Origin: an uncultured Chloroflexia bacterium
GTDB lineage: Bacteria > Chloroflexota > Dehalococcoidia > SM23-28-2 > RBG-16-64-32
Direction of reading: 5' to 3'
NCBI GenBank assembly: GCA_963738925.1
Contig: CAVTYE010000002.1
Coordinates: 41,902-105,901, forward strand
DNA: 64,000 nucleotides
The position numbers and the translations under genes are program-made. Shown here one piece after another: positions 31,441 through 39,402 of the stretch; position 1 is the first letter of the stretch; each line of letters opens with the position of its first letter. Below the pieces are notes generated by a model. The model made no database searches and was not told where the DNA came from. It saw only the letters and a list, made by a program, of their open reading frames with translations.

Positions 31441-31611
31441 CGGAGCGCCTTCAGGCCTCCAAACGGGCCTTGCTGCAGCCACGCGATGTGGAAGGCTAAA
31501 GCCATTCCGCTACGCCAAACATTTGCCCGGCACCGTAGCGGAGCGCCTTCAGGCCTCCAAACGGGCCCTGCTGCAGCCACGCGATGTGGAACGCTAAAGC
31601 CGTTCCGCTAT
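31437..31611. repeat. Two tandem GTAG-type REP doublets (REPIN-like), 98-bp period
   Basis: gtagcggagcgccttcaggcctcc...ttccgcta at 31437-31513 and 31535-31611, nearly identical. Confidence 0.85.
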
Positions 31612-31638
31612 GACAGCCCCCGGAGCGCTTCCAGGCGA

Positions 31639-31839
31639 CTAGAACGGCCCCAGCTTGTCGTCTTCACCCGCCGAACCCTCCTCCGAGCTCGCGCCGGGCA
31701 GGTCCATCAGCATCGCCAGGCCGATGAAGAACACCGCGCCCAGCGCCACGAAGTAGTCGTGCGAGGCGATCGCCGCGGCCAGCCAGAAAGCGCTGATCGC
31801 CAGGTTGATCAGGAACCACGAAAACGAGTTGTCGAACAT
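31639..31839 (-). CDS. Small two-TM membrane protein (66 aa)
   Basis: MFDNSFSWFLINLAISAFWL...; ATG overlaps upstream ligase stop (TGATG). Confidence 0.55.
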   Translation of the reverse strand: MFDNSFSWFLINLAISAFWLAAAIASHDYFVALGAVFFIGLAMLMDLPGASSEEGSAGEDDKLGPF

Positions 31840-32882
31840 CACCCGGCCTCCGCAGCTCTGCAGGTCTGCGGCGGCACGTCCGGGCGCAGCGCCTTGAACA
31901 CCGGGAAGCGCAAGCGGCCGTCCGGCCAGGCGTCGGCGTAGCTGACCGTGGCCACCACCTCCGGCCGGCACCAGAAGACCAGCCGTTCCAGCGACGGCTC
32001 CCCGGCGAAGGGGCAGGTGGCGATCGTCGCCTCGTCCAGGCGGCGCACCAGCTCCTCCATCTCGTCCTGGAAGCCGCCGGTCACCTCGCCTGCGTAGTCC
32101 AGCTTCCCGTCATCTCGCACCAGCCCCAGCAGAATCGAAGAGATCGCCTCTCGGGAGCGTCCGCCGGCGCGCGGGTTCCAGCGGCCGCCGTAGGTGAACC
32201 CCCCCACGATGTAGTTCTGCTTCTGCTGCACGCGCACCGTCAGCCAGGCGCGGCTCCGCTGCCCGGGCAGGTAGCGGCTGTCCGTCTCCTTGGCGACGAT
32301 CCCCTCCAGGCCGTGCTCCCGCGCGGCGTCGAAGAACGCGACTCCGTCTCTTACCACGTAGTCCGGCACGGCGATGGCGGCGTTGGGACGCACCAGGTTC
32401 GCCAGCATCTCCTTGCGGCGGCGCAGCGGCCAGCCGGTTACCGCCTGCCGCTCCCGGTACACGAGATCGAACGCCTGGAGCGTCACCGGATACTGTTCGG
32501 CCAGGGCCTGCGCGGCTCCGGCGTCGTCCACGGCCAACCGATGTCTCAGGCGGGTGAAGTCTGGATGGCCATCTGCGTCCAGGCAGACGATCTCACCATC
32601 GATCACCATCCCGGACTCGCGCAGCCTGCTGCTGATGGCAGAGAGCTCCGGGTAGCGCTGGGTTACGTCGCGGCCCCAGCGGTCCTGCAGCCGCAGCGAC
32701 CCTTGCTCGACGAAGGCCAGCGCGCGCACGCCGTCCCACAGCACTTCGTAGATGTGGGCCGGCGAATCGAACGGCTCGGCCACGGCCGACGGCAGCATCG
32801 GCTCGATCACCTGTGGCAGGGCCGCGCGGGAGGGAGGCGCAGCCGGCGCGGCGGTTTGCCTGCGCCCGTGGCGGAGAGTCAC
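31839..32882 (-). CDS. ATP-dependent DNA ligase-like protein (LigC/LigD-LIG type) lacking catalytic lysines
   Basis: IEPML, YEVLWDGVRA (KxDG with K->L), DGEIV, AFDL, EGIVAK, WLTVR, GRLRFPVF. Confidence 0.85.
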   Translation of the reverse strand: MTLRHGRRQTAAPAAPPSRAALPQVIEPMLPSAVAEPFDSPAHIYEVLWDGVRALAFVEQGSLRLQDRWGRDVTQRYPELSAISSRLRESGMVIDGEIVCLDADGHPDFTRLRHRLAVDDAGAAQALAEQYPVTLQAFDLVYRERQAVTGWPLRRRKEMLANLVRPNAAIAVPDYVVRDGVAFFDAAREHGLEGIVAKETDSRYLPGQRSRAWLTVRVQQKQNYIVGGFTYGGRWNPRAGGRSREAISSILLGLVRDDGKLDYAGEVTGGFQDEMEELVRRLDEATIATCPFAGEPSLERLVFWCRPEVVATVSYADAWPDGRLRFPVFKALRPDVPPQTCRAAEAG

Positions 32883-32974
32883 CTTACGCCCCTCATAGCC
32901 ATCTCCATCGAAGATAACGCGGCCCGGCGGCCTCGTCCACCGGGGCGTGTCATCGTTAACGCCGGATCAACCAC

Positions 32975-33013
32975 TAACCGAAAAGTCACGGCCCTGTAAC
33001 CGTTCCTTAACCG
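32975..33013. promoter_or_regulatory. Four 11-bp-phased direct repeats (OmpR/PhoB-type site candidate)
   Basis: taaccg 32975, tcacgg 32986, taaccg 32997, taaccg 33008. Confidence 0.5.
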
Positions 33014-33139
33014 CGTCCCCGCAGACGTGTCCTAGTATCTGGATTGCGCGCACCGGTTCTCATCGCCGCACCCCCAAACGACGGAGAGAGCAGCGCGCTT
33101 TTTCTTTCTCCCGAGCTCCTGGGGTTGAGAGAGACAACG

Positions 33140-33451
33140 ATGGCAAACAATCCTCACGACAACGGGTGGCACATCTGGTCCAGCCACGGCACCGTGCTCT
33201 TCCACATCGCGCTTCACCCGGGCTGCACAATCGCTGACATCGCCGACGCCCTCTGCCTGACCCAGAGGACGATCTGGGGCGTCGTGGGCGATCTGCGCCG
33301 CGCCAACATGCTGGACGTCAAGCGGGACGGCCGCCGCCACCGCTATCTCGTCAGGCTGGACGCTGACTTCCGCCACCCAACGATCGAGCGCGTCCCGCTG
33401 AGCACGGTCTTCGGCCGCCTCCCCGCCGCCCGCGTCAAGCCGGCCGCCTAG
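33140..33451 (+). CDS. Small winged-helix transcriptional regulator (MarR/AsnC-like)
   Basis: W..WSSHGTVLFHIA..P..TIADIADAL.LTQRTI..VVGDL....GRRHRY....FRHP pattern. Confidence 0.8.
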   Translation: MANNPHDNGWHIWSSHGTVLFHIALHPGCTIADIADALCLTQRTIWGVVGDLRRANMLDVKRDGRRHRYLVRLDADFRHPTIERVPLSTVFGRLPAARVKPAA

Positions 33452-33547
33452 CGCCGTCGCCGCGCGTCACCGCCCTGTTGCCTGGCGCTAACCTCCCGTT
33501 CAACCCGCCGCGCTACTATAAGATGGCGACAGGAGGGACACCCAGCG

Positions 33548-34294
33548 ATGGCAGACGAAAAGACGCAGCCCGAAACCCAGTCCAGCGAAACGGGGCGCGC
33601 CGCCCGCGTGCCCGGCGTCTTTGACCAGGCGTTCCTGACCGACGTCGAGAACGTCACGGAGGTCATCTTCGTTCGCCATGGCCAGCCGGACATCAACTTC
33701 GAAGGCGTCGTCGGCGATACGATCGACCCGCCGCTCACGGAGCACGGCCGCATGCAAGCCAACCTCGTCGGGGCAGCTCTGTCCACGCTCAACATCGACG
33801 CGATCTTCTCCAGCCCCATGCGCCGAGCTATGGAGACCGCCGAGCCGATCGCCAGGCAGCACAAGCACCTGGAGTTGAAGGTCGTCGAGGACCTCCGCGA
33901 AGTCGAGATCTTCCGCGACATCCCGCGAGACAAGACCGTGCAGGACTTTCTTGGCCGCGAGCTCCTGATCGGCGTCCGCAACCGGATGCTCGAAGAGCGC
34001 TCCTGGGACGTCTACCCGTTCTCTGAGTCCAGCCACGAGTTCCGCAAGCGGACCATCAACGCCATCGAAGGCTGCATCGCCCACAACGCCGGCCACCGCA
34101 TCGTCATCGTCTGCCACGGCGGCGTCATCAACGCCTACATGGGCCACATCATCCACACCGACTACGACATGTTCTTCCGCCCGGCCCACACCTCCGTCAA
34201 CATCGCCATCGCCGGTGAGGGACGCCGCGTCCTCCGCCTGCTGAACGACACCCACCACCTGACCACGGGCGAGGGTGAGTTCATTTCGTACTGA
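33548..34294 (+). CDS. Histidine phosphatase family protein
   Basis: VRHGQ, DPPLTEHGRMQA, SSPMRRAMETA, DLRE, VCHGGVI, LNDTHHL. Confidence 0.9.
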   Translation: MADEKTQPETQSSETGRAARVPGVFDQAFLTDVENVTEVIFVRHGQPDINFEGVVGDTIDPPLTEHGRMQANLVGAALSTLNIDAIFSSPMRRAMETAEPIARQHKHLELKVVEDLREVEIFRDIPRDKTVQDFLGRELLIGVRNRMLEERSWDVYPFSESSHEFRKRTINAIEGCIAHNAGHRIVIVCHGGVINAYMGHIIHTDYDMFFRPAHTSVNIAIAGEGRRVLRLLNDTHHLTTGEGEFISY

Positions 34295-34321
34295 CGGCGG
34301 ACAGTGGGCAGTAAACAGCCG
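34294..34321. repeat. Degenerate 7-bp tandem repeat
   Basis: acggcgg acagtgg gcagtaa acagccg. Confidence 0.45.
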
Positions 34322-34402
34322 CCACGGGCCGGGCCGCACCCTCGACCCTCATCATTTAGCGCGCTAACATAACTACATCACCCCAAAAGCGAGGCCGCAG
34401 CA

Positions 34403-35515
34403 ATGACTCAGCAGAAGACCAGGACCCTCAACCTCCGCATCCCCGGGCCAACCCCCGTGCCCGAAGACATCCTCGCCGCCGTCGCCCATCCCATGGTCAA
34501 CCACCGCGGCAAGGAGTTCGCCGGCGTCGTCAACCGCATCGCTGAGCGGCTCAAGGATTTCTTCCTGACCAGCCAGGACGTCATGGTCCTCTCTTGCTCC
34601 GGCACCGGCGGCCTGGAAGCTGCCGTGGTCAACACGCTTTCTCCCGGCGACAAGGTCCTCGCCGTCAGCATCGGCTCCTTCGGGGAGCGCTTCGCCACGA
34701 TCGCCGAGAAGTACGGCGCTGACGTCACCATGCTCCCCTACGAGTGGGGCCAGCCGGCCCGCGCTGAGGACATCCGCCACGCCCTGAAGGCCGAACCGGG
34801 CATCAAGGCCGTGCTCGTCACCCACAACGAGACTTCCACCGGCGTCACCAACGCCCTGGCCCAGATCGCCGAGGTTGTGCGGGAGTTCGACAAGCTGATC
34901 CTCGTGGACGCGGTCAGCAGCCTCGGCGCGATCCCGCTGGAGATGGACGCCTGGGGCCTGGACTGCGTCGTCACCGGCTCCCAGAAGGGCTGGATGGTCC
35001 CGCCCGGACTCGCCTTCGCCTCCCTCAGCGACCGCGGCTGGAAGGCGTTCGAGCAGGCCAGGATGCCGCGTTTCTACTTCGATCTCGGCAAGCACCGGGA
35101 GGCCCAGGCCAAGGGCCAGACCCCGTTCACGCCGGCGATGTCGATCTTCTTCGGCCTGGACGTGGCGCTCGACAGGATGGCCGAAGAGGGCATGGAGGCG
35201 ATCTTCGCGCGCCACAAGCGAATCGCCGCTCTGACCCGCCAGGGCGTCAAGGGGCTGGGCCTGGAGCTCCTCTGCACCGACGAAGCCTTCGCCTCCGACA
35301 CCGTGACCGCCGTCAAGTGCCCGGAAGGCATCGAGGTCAGCGCCCTCCGTAGCGCAATGGAGGACGACTACAACATCATCCTCGCCGGGGGCCAGGGCAA
35401 GCTCAGCGGCAAGATCTTCCGCATCGGCCACCTGGGCCTCGTCGCCGAAGAAGACATCTCCCAGACCATGGACGCCCTCGGCGCCACGCTCGGCAAGCTC
35501 GGCTTTAAGCGCTGA
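34403..35515 (+). CDS. Class V PLP aminotransferase (alanine-glyoxylate / serine-pyruvate type)
   Basis: IPGPTPVP, SGTGGLEAA, HNETSTGV, VDAVSSLG, GSQKG, FRIGHLG. Confidence 0.92.
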   Translation: MTQQKTRTLNLRIPGPTPVPEDILAAVAHPMVNHRGKEFAGVVNRIAERLKDFFLTSQDVMVLSCSGTGGLEAAVVNTLSPGDKVLAVSIGSFGERFATIAEKYGADVTMLPYEWGQPARAEDIRHALKAEPGIKAVLVTHNETSTGVTNALAQIAEVVREFDKLILVDAVSSLGAIPLEMDAWGLDCVVTGSQKGWMVPPGLAFASLSDRGWKAFEQARMPRFYFDLGKHREAQAKGQTPFTPAMSIFFGLDVALDRMAEEGMEAIFARHKRIAALTRQGVKGLGLELLCTDEAFASDTVTAVKCPEGIEVSALRSAMEDDYNIILAGGQGKLSGKIFRIGHLGLVAEEDISQTMDALGATLGKLGFKR

Positions 35516-35721
35516 CGCAGCGGGACCGCTCCGCTGCGCAAAACCCGGAGCGTGCGCCACGCGTATTCTTTGGCGCAACGGTCGGGCAATCGTTGCACCA
35601 ACCGGCGCGCGGGCGGGGAACCCCCGGAATGGGCGATGTGGCTGGCAATCCCCCACCTGCGGCCGGTCTTTCGCATCCCAGAGCAGGGGCAGATCCGCTC
35701 GGCCAATCGGGGGCGGGGAAC

Positions 35722-35781
35722 GTAGCGGAGCGCCTTCAGGCCTCCAGGTGGGGCGGGGCGGCCGGCTAAACGCCGCGATAC
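35722..35781. repeat. Third GTAG-type REP doublet
   Basis: gtagcggagcgccttcaggcctcca identical to copies at 31437/31535; degenerate inverted partner ggctaaacgccgcgatac. Confidence 0.8.
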
Positions 35782-35782
35782 G

Positions 35783-36439
35783 TCAGCTGGGCCGCATGAA
35801 CTTCGGGAGCATGTCCTCGGGCCCGCTCGGCACCGTGAAGTGATCGTTGATCTCCGGCTCCTCATAGCCCGCCAGGTACCGCCACGTGCGGATCCCAACC
35901 ACGGAGATACCCATCTGCTTGCACAGCTTTAGCGCCTCGTCGCCCTTGCCCACCGGCACGTACAGGTAGAGCGGCGCCAGGTCCGCGTACGGCAGCCACT
36001 CCCAGCGCGCCACGGCCTCACGGACCGTCTCGTTCGTCTCGATCTCGGCGACGATCCGGCAGTTGTTCTCCGGGTGCTGGACGACAACGATGTCCGGATA
36101 AGCGACCAGCCCGCCCGGCATCTCCACGCCCATCGCCCGGGTTGGGTGGTTCACGTACGTCTTGTAGTCCCGGTACTTCTCCGTCGGGAAGCCGAAGCGC
36201 AGGCGCGCGATGTCCTTGATTGCGCGTTCGTGGATCAGCTCCCGCGACTCTGTGCGGGCGGCGTAAGTCGGCGGCACGTAGGCGGCGGGCTGGCCGGGGG
36301 CCGGCGCCGGTCCCGTCACCTGGGAGAGCAGCGGGCTCTGCGGCATGCCCGCGGTCAGGTGGCTCAGCGCCTTCTGCACCGGGTCGCTTCCGCCGGCCGC
36401 GGCTGGCTCTGGTGTTGGGGTCGTCGCATCCTTGGCCAT
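35783..36439 (-). CDS. Hypothetical protein with PD-(D/E)xK-like motif
   Basis: Pro/Ala-rich N-terminus, then YPDIVVV...VAEIET. Confidence 0.7.
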   Translation of the reverse strand: MAKDATTPTPEPAAAGGSDPVQKALSHLTAGMPQSPLLSQVTGPAPAPGQPAAYVPPTYAARTESRELIHERAIKDIARLRFGFPTEKYRDYKTYVNHPTRAMGVEMPGGLVAYPDIVVVQHPENNCRIVAEIETNETVREAVARWEWLPYADLAPLYLYVPVGKGDEALKLCKQMGISVVGIRTWRYLAGYEEPEINDHFTVPSGPEDMLPKFMRPS

Positions 36440-36544
36440 ATTCGCTCGCTCCGTGTGTTTGGCGTCGTTTTCAGAAGTATGGCTGAGTCGCCTTGGATAG
36501 AGCAAGGCGCGGGCCTTATCCGCGCTTGACCCCGGCCATTCGTT

Positions 36545-36562
36545 TTGTGATTATTCACACAA
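36545..36562. promoter_or_regulatory. Rex/CRP-like 18-bp palindrome upstream of ctaA
   Basis: TTGTGA-TTATTC-ACACAA, one mismatch to TTGTGA-N6-TCACAA, AT-rich in a GC-rich background. Confidence 0.55.
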
Positions 36563-36638
36563 AGGATTCCCCTTTGCACGCGACTACTTCCCAACGCCTG
36601 TTCTCTTCAGCCACGCGAGCGTTTTTCCGGTAGCTGCC

Positions 36639-37586
36639 ATGGCGACTACGCTGGCCGGCCGGGCCCCTCGCGAAGGCGGCATCTTCGCCCGCCTGCGGAC
36701 CTCGTTTGATCTCCGCTACTACGCCGCCGCCACCGCGCTCATCACCTATGGGCTGATCGTCGTCGGCGGGACTGTGCGGGCCACCGGCTCCGGCGAGGCC
36801 TGCCCGGACTGGCCGCTCTGCAAGGGCAACATCGTGCCGCCGCTGGAGGCCAAGGTCTGGGTCGAGTTCTCCCACCGGCTCCTGGCCACCGTCGTCAGCT
36901 TCCTCGTCGCCGGCCTGATCTACGCGATCTGGCGCAGGCGCAAGCAGGACCCCCTGCTCTGGAAGGCGGCGCTGCTCGTCGGCGGGCTCCTGACGCTGCA
37001 GATCGTCGTTGGTGGCATCACCGTCGATACCAAGACGGCTGCGGGCGTCGTCGCTATCCACCTTTCGATCGCTCTCACCCTGCTCACCACGCTCATCTTC
37101 ATCACCGCGCGCCTCTTCCGCACCGCCGATAAACCGCTGGTGCGGCTGGAGGTGCTCCCCTGCATCGTGTTGGCCGGCGTCTTCGCCCTCGTGATTACGG
37201 GCGCCTTCGTCTCCCAGAGGCACGCCGGGCTGGCCTACCCTGACTGGCCGCTGTTCAACGGCGGTGTCACGCCCTCGTCGTCGGAGGCCGGGCAGCTGCA
37301 CTACCTGCACCGCATCGTGGCCGGCAGCGTGGGGCTGCTCTTCCTCGCGCTGTTTGTACAGGCCGTGCGCGGGCACGCTTCACAGGGCGTCATCTGGCTG
37401 CTCACGGCCGCCGGGGTGCTCTTCGTGGCCCAGGCGCTGCTGGGGGCTGCCAACGTCTGGCTGGAGCTGGCAACCTCTGTCCGCATCCTCCACCTGGCCC
37501 TAGCCTCTGCCGTATGGGCCGTGCTAGTGTTCACGATGGCGTGGGCATACCAGAACGGCCTGCGCCTGACGAAGGGAAACTCCTGA
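36639..37586 (+). CDS. ctaA: Heme A synthase (CtaA/COX15)
   Basis: GGTVRATGSGEACPDWPLC, EFSHRL, later HL/HRI/HLA histidines, multiple TM. Confidence 0.92.
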   Translation: MATTLAGRAPREGGIFARLRTSFDLRYYAAATALITYGLIVVGGTVRATGSGEACPDWPLCKGNIVPPLEAKVWVEFSHRLLATVVSFLVAGLIYAIWRRRKQDPLLWKAALLVGGLLTLQIVVGGITVDTKTAAGVVAIHLSIALTLLTTLIFITARLFRTADKPLVRLEVLPCIVLAGVFALVITGAFVSQRHAGLAYPDWPLFNGGVTPSSSEAGQLHYLHRIVAGSVGLLFLALFVQAVRGHASQGVIWLLTAAGVLFVAQALLGAANVWLELATSVRILHLALASAVWAVLVFTMAWAYQNGLRLTKGNS

Positions 37587-37588
37587 CT

Positions 37589-38497
37589 TTGGCGACGATT
37601 ACCACGGCGGCAACCGGTGCGGCGCGCGACGTTCGCGGGCTGGTCTGGTCATACATCCGGCTCACCAAGCCCCGCATCGTCATGCTCCTTGTGATCACAA
37701 CGATCCCGGCGATGATGCTGGCCGAAGGCGGCGTGCCGTCGTTCTGGCTGATGCTGGCGACTGTGTTCGGTGGCTCGGTCGTGGCCGGCGGCGCCAACGC
37801 CCTCAACATGTACTTCGACCGCGACATCGACCAGATCATGATCCGCACCCGGGTTCGGCCGGTCCCCTCGGGACAGGTGGAGCCGGAAAGGGCCGCCATC
37901 TTCGGCATCGCGCTCGGCGCTTCCGGCTTCGCGTTCTTGCAGGTCTTCGTGAACCCGCTCTCGGCCTTCCTGACCATCGGCGCGCTGGCCTTCTACGTTC
38001 TCGTCTACACTCTCATGCTCAAGCGCAACACGCCGCTCAACATCGTGATCGGCGGCGCTGCCGGGGCGATGCCGCCGGTCATCGGCTGGGCCGCGGTCAC
38101 AAACTCCGTGAGCATCGAGGCGCTGCTGATGTTCGCGATAGTCACGCTCTGGACGCCGCCCCACTTCTGGGCTCTTTCCCTCAACTACAGCAGCGACTAC
38201 AAGCGCGCCGGCGTCCCGATGCTCCCCGTGGTCAGCGGCATCGATGAGACCAAGCGCCAGATCTTCGGCTACTCCGCCGCCCTCGTCGCCTCCACGATCG
38301 CGCTGGCCTTCCTCAGCGATGCCGGCGCCGTCTACCTGGCCTCGGCGAGTGTGCTGGGCGCGGGCTTCATCTACTTCGCCGCCCGGCTCTGGCGCTCCGG
38401 CTCGCTGCGCGATGCCACCAGCGTCTTCCGCTACTCCATCGCCTACCTGGCCCTGCTCTTCGGCGCCATCGCCCTGGATGTGCTGGTGCGGTCATGA
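37589..38497 (+). CDS. ctaB: Protoheme IX farnesyltransferase (heme O synthase)
   Basis: LTKPRI, NMYFDRDID..M.RT..RP, NIVIGGAAGAMPP, WTPPHFWAL, DYKRAGVPMLP; TTG start inferred. Confidence 0.95.
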   Translation: MATITTAATGAARDVRGLVWSYIRLTKPRIVMLLVITTIPAMMLAEGGVPSFWLMLATVFGGSVVAGGANALNMYFDRDIDQIMIRTRVRPVPSGQVEPERAAIFGIALGASGFAFLQVFVNPLSAFLTIGALAFYVLVYTLMLKRNTPLNIVIGGAAGAMPPVIGWAAVTNSVSIEALLMFAIVTLWTPPHFWALSLNYSSDYKRAGVPMLPVVSGIDETKRQIFGYSAALVASTIALAFLSDAGAVYLASASVLGAGFIYFAARLWRSGSLRDATSVFRYSIAYLALLFGAIALDVLVRS

Positions 38498-38552
38498 GGC
38501 CTCGTTTGACTTACGTGCATTCGGTATCTGATCATACTGGCGAAGTCCGACC

Positions 38553-39399
38553 GTGAGCGATTTCATCCGCCGCCTCCGAGCCAGCGCGCCGCGATACATA
38601 CCGGCGCTGATCTTGCTGCTGCTCATCGCCCTCCTGCTCTCCGGCTGCGCGACTCACACCCCCCAGAACACTTTCGACGCCCAGGGTGAGGTGGCCCGCA
38701 AGCAGCGGGACCTCTTCTACCTGGCGATGTGGCCCGCCATCGCCATCATGATCCTCGTCCTCGGGGGCATCATCATTCTGTGCCTCCGCTTCCGGGAGCG
38801 TGACCCGAACGCCCGCCCGCCCAGGCAGATCGAAGGCAACACCCGCCTGGAGCTGACGTGGACGATCCTGCCCGCGATCCTCCTGCTCGGCCTCGGCGTG
38901 CCGACGGTCGGCCTCATCTTCGACCTCGGGAAGTCGCCTGACGCTGACGCCTATCATCATCAACGTCACCGCCCAGCGGTACAACTTCACCTTCGAATAT
39001 CCAGACGCCAAGGACAGCCAGGGCAACCCGCTCTTCGTCCCCAACGACCCGCACATCCCGGCCGGCCGCGAGGTCGCCTTCAACCTGCACTCCCTGGACG
39101 TGATCCACAGCTTCTGGATCCCCCGCCTCGGCGGCAAGCTGGATATCATCCCCAACGATGACCACGTCCTCTGGCTCAAGGCCGATGGGCCCGACACCTT
39201 CTCGGGCGAGTGCGCCGAGTACTGCGGGCTGGACCACGCCAATATGAAGATGACGGTCCACGCCGACTCCCAGGCCGACTTCGACGCCTGGATCGCCGCT
39301 CAGCTGGCGATCGCCAACGCCACGCCGGCGCCCAAACCCAGCCCGTCTGCATCCGTAGCACCAACGCCGACCGCAACGCCGGTACCGACAGGGAGTTAG
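38553..39399 (+). CDS. coxB: Cytochrome c oxidase subunit II (indel ~38950)
   Basis: Lipobox LSGC, EGNTRLELTWT, DVIHSFWIP, CuA motif CAEYCGLDHANM; no CxxCH domain. Confidence 0.93.
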
Positions 39400-39402
39400 T
39401 CG

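Noticed and set aside
31437-31611. Mini-CRISPR
   Set aside because: The intervening sequences are near-identical rather than unique, and the GTAG palindromic structure fits REP doublets
35516-35720. Structured RNA downstream of the aminotransferase
   Set aside because: Only a short GC hairpin (35516-35538) is evident; not enough support for an ncRNA call
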